A stretch of 63,777 nt of DNA, filler included, from Octopus bimaculoides (GCF_001194135.2; 7 parts of 7 records of this genome joined end to end with filler, not necessarily neighbours in it), one strand, 5' to 3'; shown: positions 34,350-48,395, counted from the first letter of the whole stretch. Made by a program: numbers and translations. The notes: generated by a model from the sequence alone, not told the origin.

Positions 34350-36575
34350 TTAGGCTTTAGTATTCTTTTTTATTTCTCTTTCATTTGTGTGTTTTGTATC
34401 TTATGTAGCTCATTAGTTCATTGATTACTAAATATTTGTATGTCTGACTTTGTTCTAATTCTATTATTTCATTTGCTTTATCTAGTGTGATGTAGCTACT
34501 CTTAACTAGGTTTACTCTTTTCAAGGTTGCTTGGCACATTTTTCTAAACCAAATTTCAAATTTATTTCTTTGGTAAATCCATGTACTGTCTGTTGTAATG
34601 TTTTCAGCTGTTTATCATTTGTAGCGTACAGTTTTAGGTCACCCATATATAAGTGGTGGCTGATTGTTTTGCCGCAAGACTTGTATACGCTTCCAGTTCT
34701 GTTTAGCATTTCAGATAAAGGTGTCAGTGCCAAGCAGAGAAATGGAATGGAGAGACCGAATCTCACTGGAATATTCCTCTTCGAAAGGAGATGGCTTAGG
34801 TTTTCATGAGTCCCTCTTTTGTTTGAAGCTGTAGCACTGTCTGCCATTCATTCATAGTGTCATATGTATTTTTGATTATTGGTGCTAACTTGTTCGTGGT
34901 TAGTGTTTCTACGATGCATGTGTGGGGAATGCTATCAGAAGCCTTTCGGCAGTCGAACCAAGCCTTTCTTCTTTCTGTGGTTGTCTTCAGTAATGGTTTC
35001 ATTGATCATTGGTTGATCTTTACAGCCGTATGAGCCCTTGCAGCATCCCGTCTGCTCTTCTGGAAACAAGTTGTATTCTTCCAGATTCTTGCTCAATCTC
35101 TGCGATATTATTGCAGTAAAAGCTTTGTAAATTGTAGGGAGGCAAGTTATTGGTTTGTAATTTTGCGGGTTTACCGTTTCAGTGGATTTGGTAATTAGTA
35201 TAATTTTCCCTTTCGTGAGATATTTAGGTATTGTCTCTGGCTCTGCTTGTATGTCATTAAATTTTTCAACAGCTTTTTGTGTGTTCCTGTCATATATTTA
35301 CCAGACGTTCTGGATCTTATCGTGCCCAGGTTCCCTCCAGCTGCTTAGTTTTTGCAGTGCACGGGTGACCTCTTCAGTTGCTATAGGGGTCCAGAGTTGT
35401 TCAGGTGCTAAGGTTGTTGTTTTGATAGCCCTTTTCTGAGGTTGTTCCTTCGCCGACTATATTTCTTTCCAAAATGCTTCCACTTCTTCTACTGTTGGTG
35501 CTACATTAATGTCTATCTTATTTTTGCCAAGTTCTTGGTAGAATCTTTTGTGTTTGGAGGTGAACTGTTTGTTTTGTTGAAAGAAACGTTTTCTATTTTT
35601 TTCTGGATATTATTATCCACAGGGTTTGTTTTGGTGGTGATACTCCTCTTTGAATGGATCTGAAGGAGTATCCAGCTTCTTTTGTGGTCACATTGGGTGC
35701 TGCATCATTTCTGTGGCTATTAGTTCTGTGACGGCCAGGTCCATGCTATTTATTATTGATGTTGCTTTATTATCTATTTTCATTTTTAAGAGGTATAAGC
35801 GGCGGTCCATACTGAGATCTGTGGCTTTCAGTTCTTTGATTATGCTCATTTTAAGAGTATCATAATCATTATGTTCCGCTTCACCGTTTCCAGGTTTTAG
35901 ATTTGTTTCGCCCTCCTTCCTGTTCATATGTTTGCCTGTGGTGTTCTGGTTTGGTGCTTTTTGCACATCATTATACATTCCTACTGTTTGGGTTTGTTGT
36001 CTTTTGTTTACCTCGCTTTTGGTGGACATGTTACGTCTGTCTTCGTGTTTTACAGTTCCCATGCTTATGATAGTGTTTGGCATTACTGTGTGGCTACTAT
36101 CTACATTTTCCCGATGTAATTTTACTTTTAAGTGTTCTGTTTCTATTTCTGATATTTTTTTTCTTTGAGAATATATCTTCGTTTGTTAGCTAGTTTATTA
36201 GGGTTCATTGCTCTATCCAACTCTTTATTTAGGTTATTTTCTTCCAGATTTGTTAATGTATATGTTGTGGTGTTTTCGTCCTTGGATAGAGCACTGCTGT
36301 AAAATAAGCGTGTAGGATTGAAATATATTCCTCATGGGTCCATTTATACTTTCTAGATTTCATTTGCGGGACATGAGGAATATTGTCCGGCCCTTTATTT
36401 TGAGGGTCATCATTTTCGTAGGGTACCGGTCCGTTCATTTCTTGTTTAGATTGTTTTGCACGTGTTAGTTTTTCGTGCTTTTTGTGTAAGAAGTTTAAAC
36501 ACCGTACTCCCCGATTGTTATTCTTCGGTTGAATAATACCGGTATTATTTAATTTATTTGTAATTTTTTGTATTA
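34350..36575 (-). mobile_element. Dong/R4-clade element, copy 3 (5' end through RT, 3' part missing)
   Basis: N-terminal RKYKWTHEEYISILHAYF...NKLANKRRYILKEK; RT HHLYMGDLKLYA and KFGLEKCAK. Paralogous to copy 1 over ~1.4 kb. 5' end abuts (TAA)n at 36578-36668. Confidence 0.85.
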
Positions 36576-36576
36576 A

Positions 36577-36645
<69 letters not shown>

Positions 36646-36668
36646 CATTATTATTATTATTATTGTTG

Positions 36669-36750
36669 TTCAGTAGTTTTATTTTTATAACGTGCTTTCA
36701 CTTCACTACCGAGCGCAGCTCTGTACGCCTTGGGTATGTGCTGTAGTTTG
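36669..36750 (-). mobile_element. 3' terminus of a fourth Dong/R4 copy (rest lost in gap)
   Basis: GTTCAGTAG.TTTATTTTTATAACGTGCTTTCA.TTCACTACCGAGCGCAGCTCTGT.CGCCTTGGGTATGTGCTGT is nearly identical to 29419-29500. Confidence 0.85.
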
Positions 36751-36850
36751 NNNNNNNNNNNNNNNNNNNNNNNNNNNNNNNNNNNNNNNNNNNNTTAATT
36801 AATTAANNNNNNNNNNNNNNNNNNNNNNNNNNNNNNNNNNNNNNNNNNNN

Positions 36851-37205
36851 GTGTGTGTGTGTATATATGTGTGTAAGTGTGTTCGTGTCGGAGGTTTGCA
36901 TTGTATTGATGTGTGTGATTTTGCGTATCTGTGTGTCTTTGTTTTGGGCGTGCACCTGGGGAGGAGGCTTATGTTAGAGTATGTTGAGCTGTGGTCTGTA
37001 TTTTTGAATAAGATTATTTTCCTTATTTATTCGTGTTTGGTCAGTGGTGTTGTCTGAGCATTGGTATAATGGGAAAACTAGGAATTTGGGAGACTTGTTT
37101 TGTGCACACAGATCTAAATGCCCACTGAGTGGTATCTGTCTTGTGGTGGGATCCCTCAATTGTTGGCGGTGGACTGTCATCCTTTCTCTGAGAGTAAGGC
37201 ACACA
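36851..37205 (-). mobile_element. Penelope-like element GIY-YIG C-terminal fragment plus start of pseudo-LTR
   Basis: RMTVHRQQLRDPTTRQIPLSGHLDLCA...PKFLVFPLYQC...RINKENNLIQKYRPQLN* fits the R..H / E..I..P.LN pattern of PLE endonucleases. Confidence 0.7.
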
Positions 37206-37213
37206 CACATATA

Positions 37214-37470
37214 TACTAGCAGATATGCCCAGTGATGCCTGGGTTAAAGAGAATAATGAAATTTTAAAACGCCGTTTAGATTACGCACGTCTCAACTGCT
37301 AATTTTGAGATACCAACTTTCTACATTAATAACTCTGAAAAGTGAAATGCTAAAACACACATATTTCTATATAAAGTAAATAGACGTAATTCAAAAACAA
37401 ATTTCCTAACTAAAAAAACAGGTATTATAAACAATGAAAGGCCGATTTCTGCATATATATCATTATACTA
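37214..37470 (+). mobile_element. Non-autonomous Helitron/Helentron-like element (tentative)
   Basis: Begins ACTAGCAG with a short hairpin CCCAG-tgatgc-CTGGG and ends ...ATATATCATTATACTAGA. The termini resemble Helentron-associated elements; no coding evidence. Confidence 0.4.
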
Positions 37471-38291
37471 GAAAACTCCAGGGAAGTTCGATGTATGTAC
37501 ACATACCTAAGCCTGCTGAAATTGTGTTTTCAAGAAAACCTTCCGTTTAGACTTTTCAAAAACACATTGAGCTGTGACTGACGCCACTGAATCGCAGAAC
37601 GTATACTTTTCTGCATTTTTACGCAAATCAGATACCAATAATAAATCTGTCTTTCACAGCTCGGAAGGTCTGTTTATACTGATATTTGGTTCATTCTGAA
37701 GAGCCCCCTATCAGTACCTCTTTAAATTCTAAAGAGGTGACTGAAGATTCACCAGTAAGTGTCCTGTAAGATATTGGTTTTGAATCACGAAAATAAGAGA
37801 TTTAACCATGATTTATAATACTACTACATCAGTTAAAGTCTTATAGTTTGATAATTCTTATAAATGAAATAAATTTCATATAAATTTTTATGCATGTGTA
37901 TATGAATACACGCATGTGTAAGAATCTATATCCATATTTATGTATATATGTGCACACACCCATAAATATAGATTCTGTAGAAAGCACTGTTTATATCCGA
38001 GTTAGCACGTATGTGTTGTTAAAGCACAGGATACTGTGTTATTTACCTTGAGAGGACCTTTTATATGGACGCATGTTACATACAAGTACACAGTGTTGGC
38101 GGCGGGAATCGGCGCAAGAAATGTTAGATCGTGTTATTTCGACGTACAACGTCTCTTCAGTTGCAGGCGTCTAGTAGCCGCATTCCAGTCAAATATCTCC
38201 ACCGGATATATATAAATGTCGCAAACAGACAGCAGGCTTATCAAAATATAAATATTATTGACAGAACCGGTATTAATTCAAAATTTCCACC

Positions 38292-38422
38292 TTATCCAAG
38301 TTAACGTGGAAATATTGTTAGTGCACCGAATACTGAGTTATTTACATAGAAAAAACATTTCTCAAGGTGACTGACGCAGTATTCGGTGCTACACTGATAC
38401 ATCTACGTTAAGTTGGATATAA
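38292..38422. repeat. Imperfect ~50-bp inverted repeat with ~30-bp spacer
   Basis: TTATCCAAGTTAACGT...GCACCGAATACTG versus CAGTATTCGGTGC...ACGTTAAGTTGGATATAA. Confidence 0.8.
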
Positions 38423-38884
38423 AGATTGCCTTTTTAGTATTAATAATACTTCTGTAACTAATAGTTATATATAACAATATTTATATATATACACATCTGA
38501 ATTAGATCGTTTTATATCCTTCTATAATTGCATATGGATAATATTTTATATAATTATTATGCAATTTCATGCATTATTATTTCTCCCGCTCAGGAATCAT
38601 TTGCATCATTACGCACGCATATTTTTATGTGCATATGTTTTTTAATATGCTTTTGTTACTAATATTAAATACAGTTCGTCATATAATTACTCACTTAAAT
38701 TTTATGAATTATTTTTATTAAATATATTTCCCCACATGCACATACACTGAAAATTAAATTTCCATATTTAAAATGTTTCTTAGCTAATTATATATATATA
38801 TATATAAATANNNNNNNNNNNNNNNNNNNNNNNNNNNNNNNNNATATATATATATATATATAATTCTATTTTCTCTACTTCTTC

Positions 38885-39065
38885 CAATCATTTGACTGCG
38901 GCCATGTTGGAGCACCACCTTGGAGAGTTGTAGTCGAACGAATCGACCCCAAAATTGTTTAAAACGTAGTACTTATTCCGTCAGTCTATTTTGACTCACC
39001 GCAAAGTTACTGGGACGTAAACTCACCACCACTGGTTGTTAAGTGGTGATGGGGGACACACACAC
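38885..39065 (-). mobile_element. 3' part of CORE-like SINE (tail T2)
   Basis: TCATTTGACTGCGGCCATGTTGGAGCACCACCTT is the reverse complement of the 60110-60150 tail. Confidence 0.75.
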
Positions 39066-40044
39066 ACACTTTTTATCGCTCTATATACAGATAGGGAACA
39101 AATCAAGTCGGCCAGGGCTTCAAATATTTTCTGTTCTTCTGAGTAGATATTTGCCTTTTCCTTTCATAGGAAATTTAAGCTGTAAAACTATGCGTATAGC
39201 ACGCGAACTAGCTAGTATTTTCTGTATGACATTATGCTTACAATCCAGTCGTACAGAAAATTCAAGGATTGTAATATATTTGTGGGAATGAAGACAAACG
39301 TATGCTAATACGGTTACCGATTATTGACTCTACTACGTAGGTTATGTTTCATACTGGTTTCCTTTACACATTTTCACATTTTCCTATGTGTACATTTACC
39401 GTGCCAATGTTGTCATCTCCGTACAGAACGTGTAACCTTTAGTGCACGCTTGACAACCTGCATCCGTTCTTCGTAAGGGACACAATGATAACACTGTGAT
39501 TCTGCTCGGCACCCATTATTTATCCACAGTGAACTGGACGAGAAGATGAATTACTAGCTTTTTGCTAAGAAATGTGTAAACTTTGCTCATCACAACTGCA
39601 TTTGTAAATAGAAAAGTTAACAGACATGTTTGAATCCGTAGTACATTATTTTGGACAGGACTTAAAGTTTAGCGTAGAAGAAATATATTGTAAATCAAGA
39701 AATATATTGAAAATATATTATAAATGCTCATAAATCAATCAAAATAGAATTAGTGGTTTTCGATTAAAATTATGAGTGCAAAATTGGGAACAGTGACTTA
39801 TCATGAAATTCAATCACATCATCAGAAATTTATTGGAAAATATACTGTTAGTGCGTTGGATAGCTGAACGAAAGAAGCCTTATACCATCTTTCATGTAAA
39901 CGTGGTCATCCGATAGTCCTCACAATTATCACATAACACTCCAAAAATAAATGAACATTTGAGAAGATTTTTGTTGGTTGTATTTCATTTATATTTACAC
40001 ACACACTCACTCACACACAATGATGCTCTCTCTCTCTCTGTGCC

Positions 40045-40082
<38 letters not shown>

Positions 40083-40730
40083 ACACACACGCACGCACAC
40101 ACACAGAACCACAGAACACTATCGAAAACTACTTTTCAGAGATTCATCGTAGGGGGAAGAAATTACATCCAGGTCCAAACAGATGGTACTGCTGACCACA
40201 TATCTCCCATAGAAGTGAGGTTGTGTTTATGCTGAAATGAAAAATTAGTTTTTTTTTTTTTTTAATTTTGAAGATTATTCGCAGATCGGGTGTTTTTATT
40301 TGAGATAATAACAATGATTATGTAATGTTTAAAAAGACATTCAACACTGTAAACTCCTGAGGAAATATATCTAAGGAAATTTTTTTTCTATTCCCGGGAA
40401 AGGGATAATCTTGACAAATCACTTCGCTGAATCTGACAGGGATTTGCGGTTATCATGAGATCCCGAATTTGAAATTCAATTTTAGAAGAATGAAAAAGAA
40501 AAAGATGGAATAAATAGGTTCTGTTGAGGACATCGCACACATTCCCGTTTGAAATATTTAACGATGTAATATACCTGCCTGAATAAAGTTTTCAACTTAA
40601 AGTGACACAGTGAATTGTTATATGGAAGATGGTCTATATGGATATCTAACAAAGAGCTGCAGAGATAGAAAATAATATCATCTTTGTAGACATGACCCTT
40701 AAAGAATCCAAAAATCCGACTCTAGCAACA

Positions 40731-40815
<85 letters not shown>

Positions 40816-40871
40816 ACCTATATACCTATCTATCTATCTATCTTCCTACCTGTGTACACTTAAAGCTTTAC

Positions 40872-41096
40872 AAAGCTCCGGCAGGGGGTGGTGGCGAACC
40901 CTGCTGTACTCTTTCACCACAACTTTCTCTCACTCTTTCTTCCTGTTTCCGTTGTATTAGTATTTCAAAGCGCCAGTCTCGACACGCTGTGTCACGCTGA
41001 ATCTCCCCGAGAACTACGTTAAGGTTACACGTGATTGTGGACTGCTCAGCCACGTGCATGTTACTTTCACGAGCAGGCTGTTCCGTTGATTGGAGT
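40872..41096 (+). mobile_element. Headless OR-like SINE (tail T1)
   Basis: GCTCCGGCAGGGGGTGGTGGCGAACCCTGCTGTACTC...CACGAGCAGGCTGTTCCGTTGAT. Confidence 0.85.
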
Positions 41097-42176
41097 ACCG
41101 TATTAATATATATGCATAGACCTTGTTTATAGCCAGTCATAAAGTTACCATTCCTTTCACGACTATTATTTTAATCAGCAACAGAGGTGAGCTGCTGGCC
41201 GGAGGCACATAACCTATTTAGTAATGGAAGCAAAAATACAGTCTAGGTCACGTTTGTGCTAAAATGACCCTTAAACAAAATGATTTCGAAGCCAAAACCC
41301 CTCGTGAAAGACAGGTAGCTATAAGCGTCCCAGCTGTGCCCAAAAAGGTTTATGTACGTTTTCTGTTCACTTGTCAGTGAGCATCTTTTCTTTAATTTAA
41401 GAAAGTATCCTGAACAAGGGAATGTTTTACGCTGCCAAATTGTATTCCTAAATTTAGATAACTTTTTTTTACTGTACTGTATTAAAAAACAAAAAGAATA
41501 TTTGTTTGTAAGCTTAAAATAGGTTTTCATTAACCATATATTATTGAAGATGTATTCATAAATAAAGTACATAACCGGGAATTTTTATTATCAGTTTAGC
41601 CAAGAGACAAATAAATTCGGCCTGGCCTCGCCTAGAGAACGTTAATTCGACTAAATTCGTTTTTTTACTTCAGTCGTGTCTCCTGAAACCAATTAATGAC
41701 GTAGGATGAAGTATGCCTGTGTTACATGCCTGTGTTACATGAAGCAGTGTGTTTCATATCCCACGGCCCCTATAATTGCACGTATAAACCTGAGCTTGTA
41801 ATCTGAATAATCTGTATGTATGTATGTATGTATGTATGCATGACCATACGTTTTAAGCTTATAAAATAATATTTACAGATTTGTAAAAATTGTCAATGCT
41901 TACAAAAATACCATCACATATATATGTATATGGTTTGTTTATATAAATTCCTTTTCGGAAATAAGTATTCTATTTCTGTCTCATACTAAATTCTTGTAAA
42001 TGAAAAACCCTTACCACTTTTATATTCTGTATATTCCTCATTTTCGAAGTTCAACGATGACAATTTCTTTAAATATCGTTATTAATCTAATTAAATTACT
42101 TTGCTACATAGTATGTAGGTAAGCTGTCAAGGCGTATTTGTCGTTTCATTAATTTCTTTCTAATTACATCGATGTT

Positions 42177-42337
<161 letters not shown>

Positions 42338-44419
42338 TATCTTTTCTCTTAGTTCCTCTCTACCATTATTTCCCTATCAATCGCCCCACCCTGCTTCTCT
42401 ATCTAAACCTGCACAATCCACTTTCCCTTACTGGATCTTTTTAAATGGCATCAATATTCTATAGTGACACTCTACCAATGTCTATTCACAGTATATACAT
42501 TGTTATTATAATGAATTTCTTTATCTTTTATTGTTGAACGTTTTATTTTTAAGAACAGCTGCCAATTGATTTTTATATTCGACTATCGTTTCTCATGACA
42601 TTATTTCAACATTAGTTTACTGCAACTTAATTTAATAACTATCATCAATTGTGTAATTATCGTAGATTATACACAGTTTTCACGGGGATCATGGAAATAC
42701 TGCAATGCAAAATAAGGAAAATATTTGTAATGTCATTATTATCTTCTACTTTCTAGCCTTCCAAATATCCTTATCTATACATTCTTTCAGTCGTTTTAAA
42801 CTCAATTCCATATCTTAGCTACTGTTGCTATTGTATTCAGTTCAAGATACATTGGAGTGTATCGACATGCTCTTCACTTCTGCAGCTATATACTTTCCAA
42901 TTCACAAGCATTTATTCAATATGTACAAGCATATATTTGAGTGTACGTGTTTATGTCAATTTGTATATTTATGTGTGTATGTATTTACGTATATGTAAAA
43001 ACTAATAAAGTATATCATAAATATATTTGACAGATTTGTCTGCCAGTAAATTATGCGTGGTAATTAATATAATAGTTGGAGGTCTATATCAAATTATGAC
43101 ATATTTGCAAAAAGTGTGCTTCGGATTGATAGTATTTGTTGAGAAATGTAAACGATTCCCCGCAATGTCACTAAATTCTTAAGGAAATGAATGTATTAAA
43201 ATGCCTTCCTCTATCGCTTATCACTTAATAGTCATATGTTTGCCGACTGCTACACAATAACTGATCACACATCTGTATGTTAGTTATTAATTCAAATTTA
43301 TATGTTTGTTTGTGCATGCACATATGTTAGGACATATTAATACACACACATACACAGACATTCACACACACACACACGCACATATACACTTAGATACTAC
43401 ATAGCATCTCACATACTCAAATATAGAAAATTGTACATAACCCATATGTGTGTATGCGTGTGTATGTGCGCGTGCGCCTGTATGTTTGCCTGTGCGTGTT
43501 TGCGTGTTCGTATACATGTGCGCATGTGAGTATGTGTGTGTATGCGCGCGTAGACAGACAAATATATATTTCATCATTCTTTCCAATAAATTTCCATTTA
43601 TGCGAAAAATTTCTGCAGCGGAAATATATGGTATTGCAGTGGTCCCTGGAACTGTATTATGTTATAAATACCTAGATATTTTAATGGATGTGTATACATT
43701 ATATATAGCTTACTCAAAACTGGTTTAAACTCATGTCGAAAATTAAGTATAACTACGCTCTGTAAATATGTCAGCTTTCAAAATATGAACGGTTTTCTAT
43801 GGTTTAGTAGCATACTGCTTCGTGGTTAAGCATAGAAGTAGCGAATTATGTTGAAGTCATCCAATTTTATATAGTGGAATCATTTAATATTGGCTATTTG
43901 ATTTCACGTTAACTCTAGTTATAAAGAATTTGTATAATTTATTACTTTTATATCCAATAAATTATACACCATTTCAGAAGATTTCGTTCCATGAGAACCT
44001 TGTATACACTGAAAAAGATAACCATATGCCGTTTCATGCAATACAGAAATGAGAAGAGCAGAAAATGAATGGTTTTCGAAACACCAGAAGAAAGGAAAAT
44101 GGCTGAAACCTTTGGTTTGGCTGGACACAAAAATGTGATATGTGGTTATAGATATGAACCTTTCTTATTTGTTAGTGCTTTATTCTAGATTATTGAATTA
44201 AAATTTGTTGTATACAGTCATCAGAAGAAATGTTAATGTTAGGTGTTTAATAACGTACCCTGATAATATGTCTGTATTTTCGTATGCAGTGTAAATTAAT
44301 CTCCCCAAAATTACAGTATCGAAATGTTATTGTTTCAGTTTTGATACTGAAATAGTGGAAAAGTTTCATTTTTAAAGTGAAAGTATTTGACATGAGTGTT
44401 TTTGTTTCACTTTTGACAC

Positions 44420-44626
44420 GCAATACTTAAATAGTGGAGGAGATATTATGTTGCTGTGGGCTCGAACTATGCAAGACGTTAAAACATTTTTTGACTAAAA
44501 CACAACAGGGACCCTAAGTAAGGCATGTGTAAAATTTGAATGAAATTGGTTGTGTAGTTCTGGAGTTTTAGGGATTCACACAGACACACACACTGACACA
44601 CATACATACATTCTCATTTATATATA
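44420..44626 (+). mobile_element. Helentron/HINE-like 3' terminal region
   Basis: AAATTTGAATGAAATTGGTTGTGTAGTTCTGGAGTTTTAG...ACAGACACACA...ATTCTCATTTATATATA. The same terminus occurs reverse-complemented at 63729-63777. Confidence 0.55.
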
Positions 44627-45469
44627 NNNNNNNNNNCTATTTTCCCTTATGAATGCTCAATTTTCAAAATTACTGTAATTATCAAATGCTCGTTTAAAAA
44701 ACATTTTGCATCCATATGGCTTATATTGGATTTAGAACAGACTTATAAAGTAGCTCATACGTAGGAAGGTCCTATAAATGCATTGCATTTGGGAATCTTT
44801 TGTTCAACACTGGAAAATAAAAATGTAGCATTCCAATATCGATTTATTTCTCTCATACTGATGTTTCTCTTTTGGAAACGTCTTTAAATTTTACTTAGTC
44901 AAATATTTTTTGTACTCTCCAACCTTTGACAAAATACATCCTTTTGTTGATAAATGCAGTTGAACAAAACAAAACATAAAATAAGTCGAAAAAGAGAAAA
45001 ATGAAACGAAATGTATTCAAGAATGAATGACGAATATCGCCTAAAAATTAAAAAATAAATAATCGATTAAATGATTTAGTTAAATCAATCTAATGAAAAA
45101 CAGTTTTTGGAAATTTCATATATTTGGTGTGCTGAGTAAAGTGCCATTGAAAATTCTATCAAATTATGTCAGAAGTCGCAGAGAAAAATGACAATAAAAT
45201 AAAGGCTTTGCTGAGATCTGAACTGCAGTTAGTGTATAATCGTGGAGAATAAAAACATTTTAAAATTAAAACAAATGCAATATATTGTTATGAAATTCTG
45301 TGTCCAATGAAATGAAGATTTGCATAATTGATAACTAAATTCTCTAGACCATCATTTTTGTAACATCATCAAGAAAAATCTAGATTTATGCTATCAGATA
45401 CAACCAATCAATAAGAGCCACTTTTCATTGAAACACACTTACAACACACACACATCACACACACATATA

Positions 45470-46185
45470 TAGATTCACACAGAACTTATGCCGCAGTGTA
45501 CTTATATGTTGTAATCCTGAATTGGGTAGGGGACGCATGGCCCGTGGTCCCAGCCTTGGATGAACCTTGAAACTAATGTTCAGGTCGTTTGGGCAATGCT
45601 GGCGATATATTCTCCACGTCGTACAAATGATGTACCGCTCGCGGCGGCGCTGGAGAGAGTAGAACTTCAAAGCTTTAAGGCGGGCCCAGTAATCGAGATC
45701 AGTCATGCCTTCAACTAATTTAGTGAGTACCCTCTGGGGTGATTCAATCCTCGAGATGTTTTGTTTTGTATAGGAAGATCACAAGGGGCAGCAGCGTGTG
45801 GCAGTACAAAGGAGGAGAAAAGTGGAATGACAACACCTTCTTCTCTGGACCGGAAAGTTCTTAAGATCGAGGATCTCATCCTACGAGCTATATGATGTGG
45901 GCACTCCAATTGAGATTGTTATCAACAATTACACCCAGATATCTGATATTATTGGATGTCGTGAGCGGTTCCCCTGAAGGAAGAGAGTATGACGGTTTTA
46001 GTATAGACTTTCTTCCAAAATGCATCAGCTCAGATTTTCCCTCGTTCAGTTGTATTTTGTTTTTGTCTACCCATTGACTCACAGCGTATAGATCAGATTG
46101 GAGTTGAGTCCGGTATTCTTCATCATTGATGATTTGCTGGAGCTTAGTGTCATCAGGAAATATTTTCACTTTGCAGTGATTTACG
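45470..46185 (-). mobile_element. CR1/L2-type LINE, RT C-terminal half, decayed
   Basis: KIFPDDTKL...LQSDL...W...IQLNEGKS...IRYLGVIVDNNLNWSAHI...ILRTFRSRE...LDYWARLKALKFYSLQRRRERY. Confidence 0.85.
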
Positions 46186-46266
46186 ATATACATATATACG
46201 TGAATGTGTGTTTGTGTATTTTGTGTGTGTTTGTGTGTGTGTGTCTTTGTGTGTGTGTGTGTGTGT

Positions 46267-46300
<34 letters not shown>

Positions 46301-46301
46301 C

Positions 46302-46350
<49 letters not shown>

Positions 46351-48356
46351 TTATATATGTTCAGAACTGCATAAATCTATTTCACGAAAGCGGTTCTGCC
46401 ATACATGGTTTGTTGTGATTTGTCTTTGTGAAGTTGAAGCCAGCTGATATGCTAACCCTGAGAGCTATATAATAGATTTGACTCAAAAATGCATTCATTA
46501 ATGATTATGCAGCTCTGAATGGAAGCTTTGCCTGTTCAGCTGCAATAATACTCAGTGACAAGTTAGTAACAGCCGAATAATTTGATATGGACAATTATGA
46601 TTCATTCTTGCAATCCATATTTTGATCTGCGATAAATTGATATGCGTCTAACTTGCGAAATAGTTGAACTTAACGGATTATATTCCACAGATATACGTCA
46701 GTCTTATTTGATGAGGTGATATATCGTGAAATACCATGAGTAATTACATATGATCCTCAACTTAACATTGATTTCACCACTTTTAATTACTGCGATGTTA
46801 TTTTAATTGTTGAATTATAAAATAATTTCAGCCAAAACGAATGTTACACAACATGAATATAAATTAGTTGTAACCTGGATGGATGTACGAACTAGTAGAA
46901 TCCTGAAGAGACTGGGTCTATAATATTTGTATAGCTTTGTATAACTTTGTATAGCTTTGTATAGCTTTTAAAAATATTATTTGGATATACTTATTGTTAA
47001 CTGACTAGGTCTCCTTCATTTAAATATATATTCTTCAATGCAAAACAACATGAGTGGGAGACATGGAGGGAAGAAATGAATCAAAATGGTTTAGACTGTA
47101 TGCTCCAACAATGCAAATCATTTTTCTTATTGGTATTGTTGTGTATTGATATTAACGTAACGGGTGTGTGTATCTATGCTATACCGAGCAACCATAAAAT
47201 CTTATGAGGGTACTAAGGCAATAGCAGACATTTATCGTCAAACGAATATATGATGAATTGAACACTGGAACCCGTGACATATTTCCATTCCGTTTCATTG
47301 AAAATATACTCACTTTTCTATTGTTAAACTCTTTTGGATTTTGCTGCAATAATATCAAACTTGTGTATACAACTTCCTGAGATATATATTTGGAAACTTA
47401 AAATATCTGTAAGTAATTTTCATAATTTTAATTATATTGCAATTATAGCAAAAACTGAAATAACGTGAGAATATGTTTATGCACTTAGTTGATTAAATTG
47501 TATCCAATACATCCCAATACATTCGATGAAAAAGATAGCTATGCGCAGCATATATCCCGAATAATAACTAATAAATGCAAAGGAAAAACGAACAATGCAT
47601 CAGTCTTTCTAATGTAATGACACTGCTTGAATTAAAATTTGATTAGGTTAACCTGTAAATGGATCTCAAATTTTTATTTTTATTTTGTTTCAGAGCTAAT
47701 AGTTTTTTTTTTCAAATGAATACTTCATTAATATATAATGGATATGATTAAAAACAATTCGCAACTAAATTATACAAACAAAAAGGTGGAAATTATTGTA
47801 ATCAGTGTTCAATAATGGGGCATAGAATGTGTGCCTACAAAACAAGTGATAGACCTATTTGGTTTCGATTCTTAGTTGATATGGACATCGTTATTTGATA
47901 AATATGAGTTCCTATGAGTTAAGCAATATTACAACTGGTATCTTTCTAAGCGTGGCAATGAAATATAATTACTAACGAGATAGTAACGCGCTCAATTATA
48001 TTCTGATGACGAGAGGTAAAAACGAGTGTTTAATGCAATAACAAATTGATCACATCTGACTAAACAGAAAGCAGAATTCTACAAGTAAGAATGAAGTTGG
48101 GGATATATGCATTTGCCTAAGCTTATGGTAAGATAAAATATGGTAACACAGATTATTTGCGAATGATCATTTACCGCTACAAAGTAACAACCGATATAGA
48201 CACTCATGCTCAGACACACACACACACGCATATATATATATATATATATATATATANNNNNNNNNNNNNNNNNNNNNNNNNNNNNNNNNNNNNNNNNNNN
48301 TTAATTAATTAANNNNNNNNNNNNNNNNNNNNNNNNNNNNNNNNNNNNNNNNNNNN

Positions 48357-48395
<39 letters not shown>

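Noticed and set aside
37660-37754. Coding exon between a strong acceptor (tctgtctttcacag) and donor (CA|GTAAGT)
   Set aside because: All three frames contain stops; it could only be a non-coding or UTR exon, and nothing else supports it.
40391-40400. Perfect STAT-like palindrome TTCCCGGGAA
   Set aside because: A single short motif in 64 kb without a cluster or conservation evidence is not informative.
41243-41572. 109-aa minus-strand ORF
   Set aside because: Its N-terminal half is AT-rich low-complexity sequence, with no motif and no good donor site.
43919-44130. ORFs 43919-44128 and 43948-44130 as GPCR-like exon(s)
   Set aside because: No recognisable motif and no consistent splice pair on either strand.
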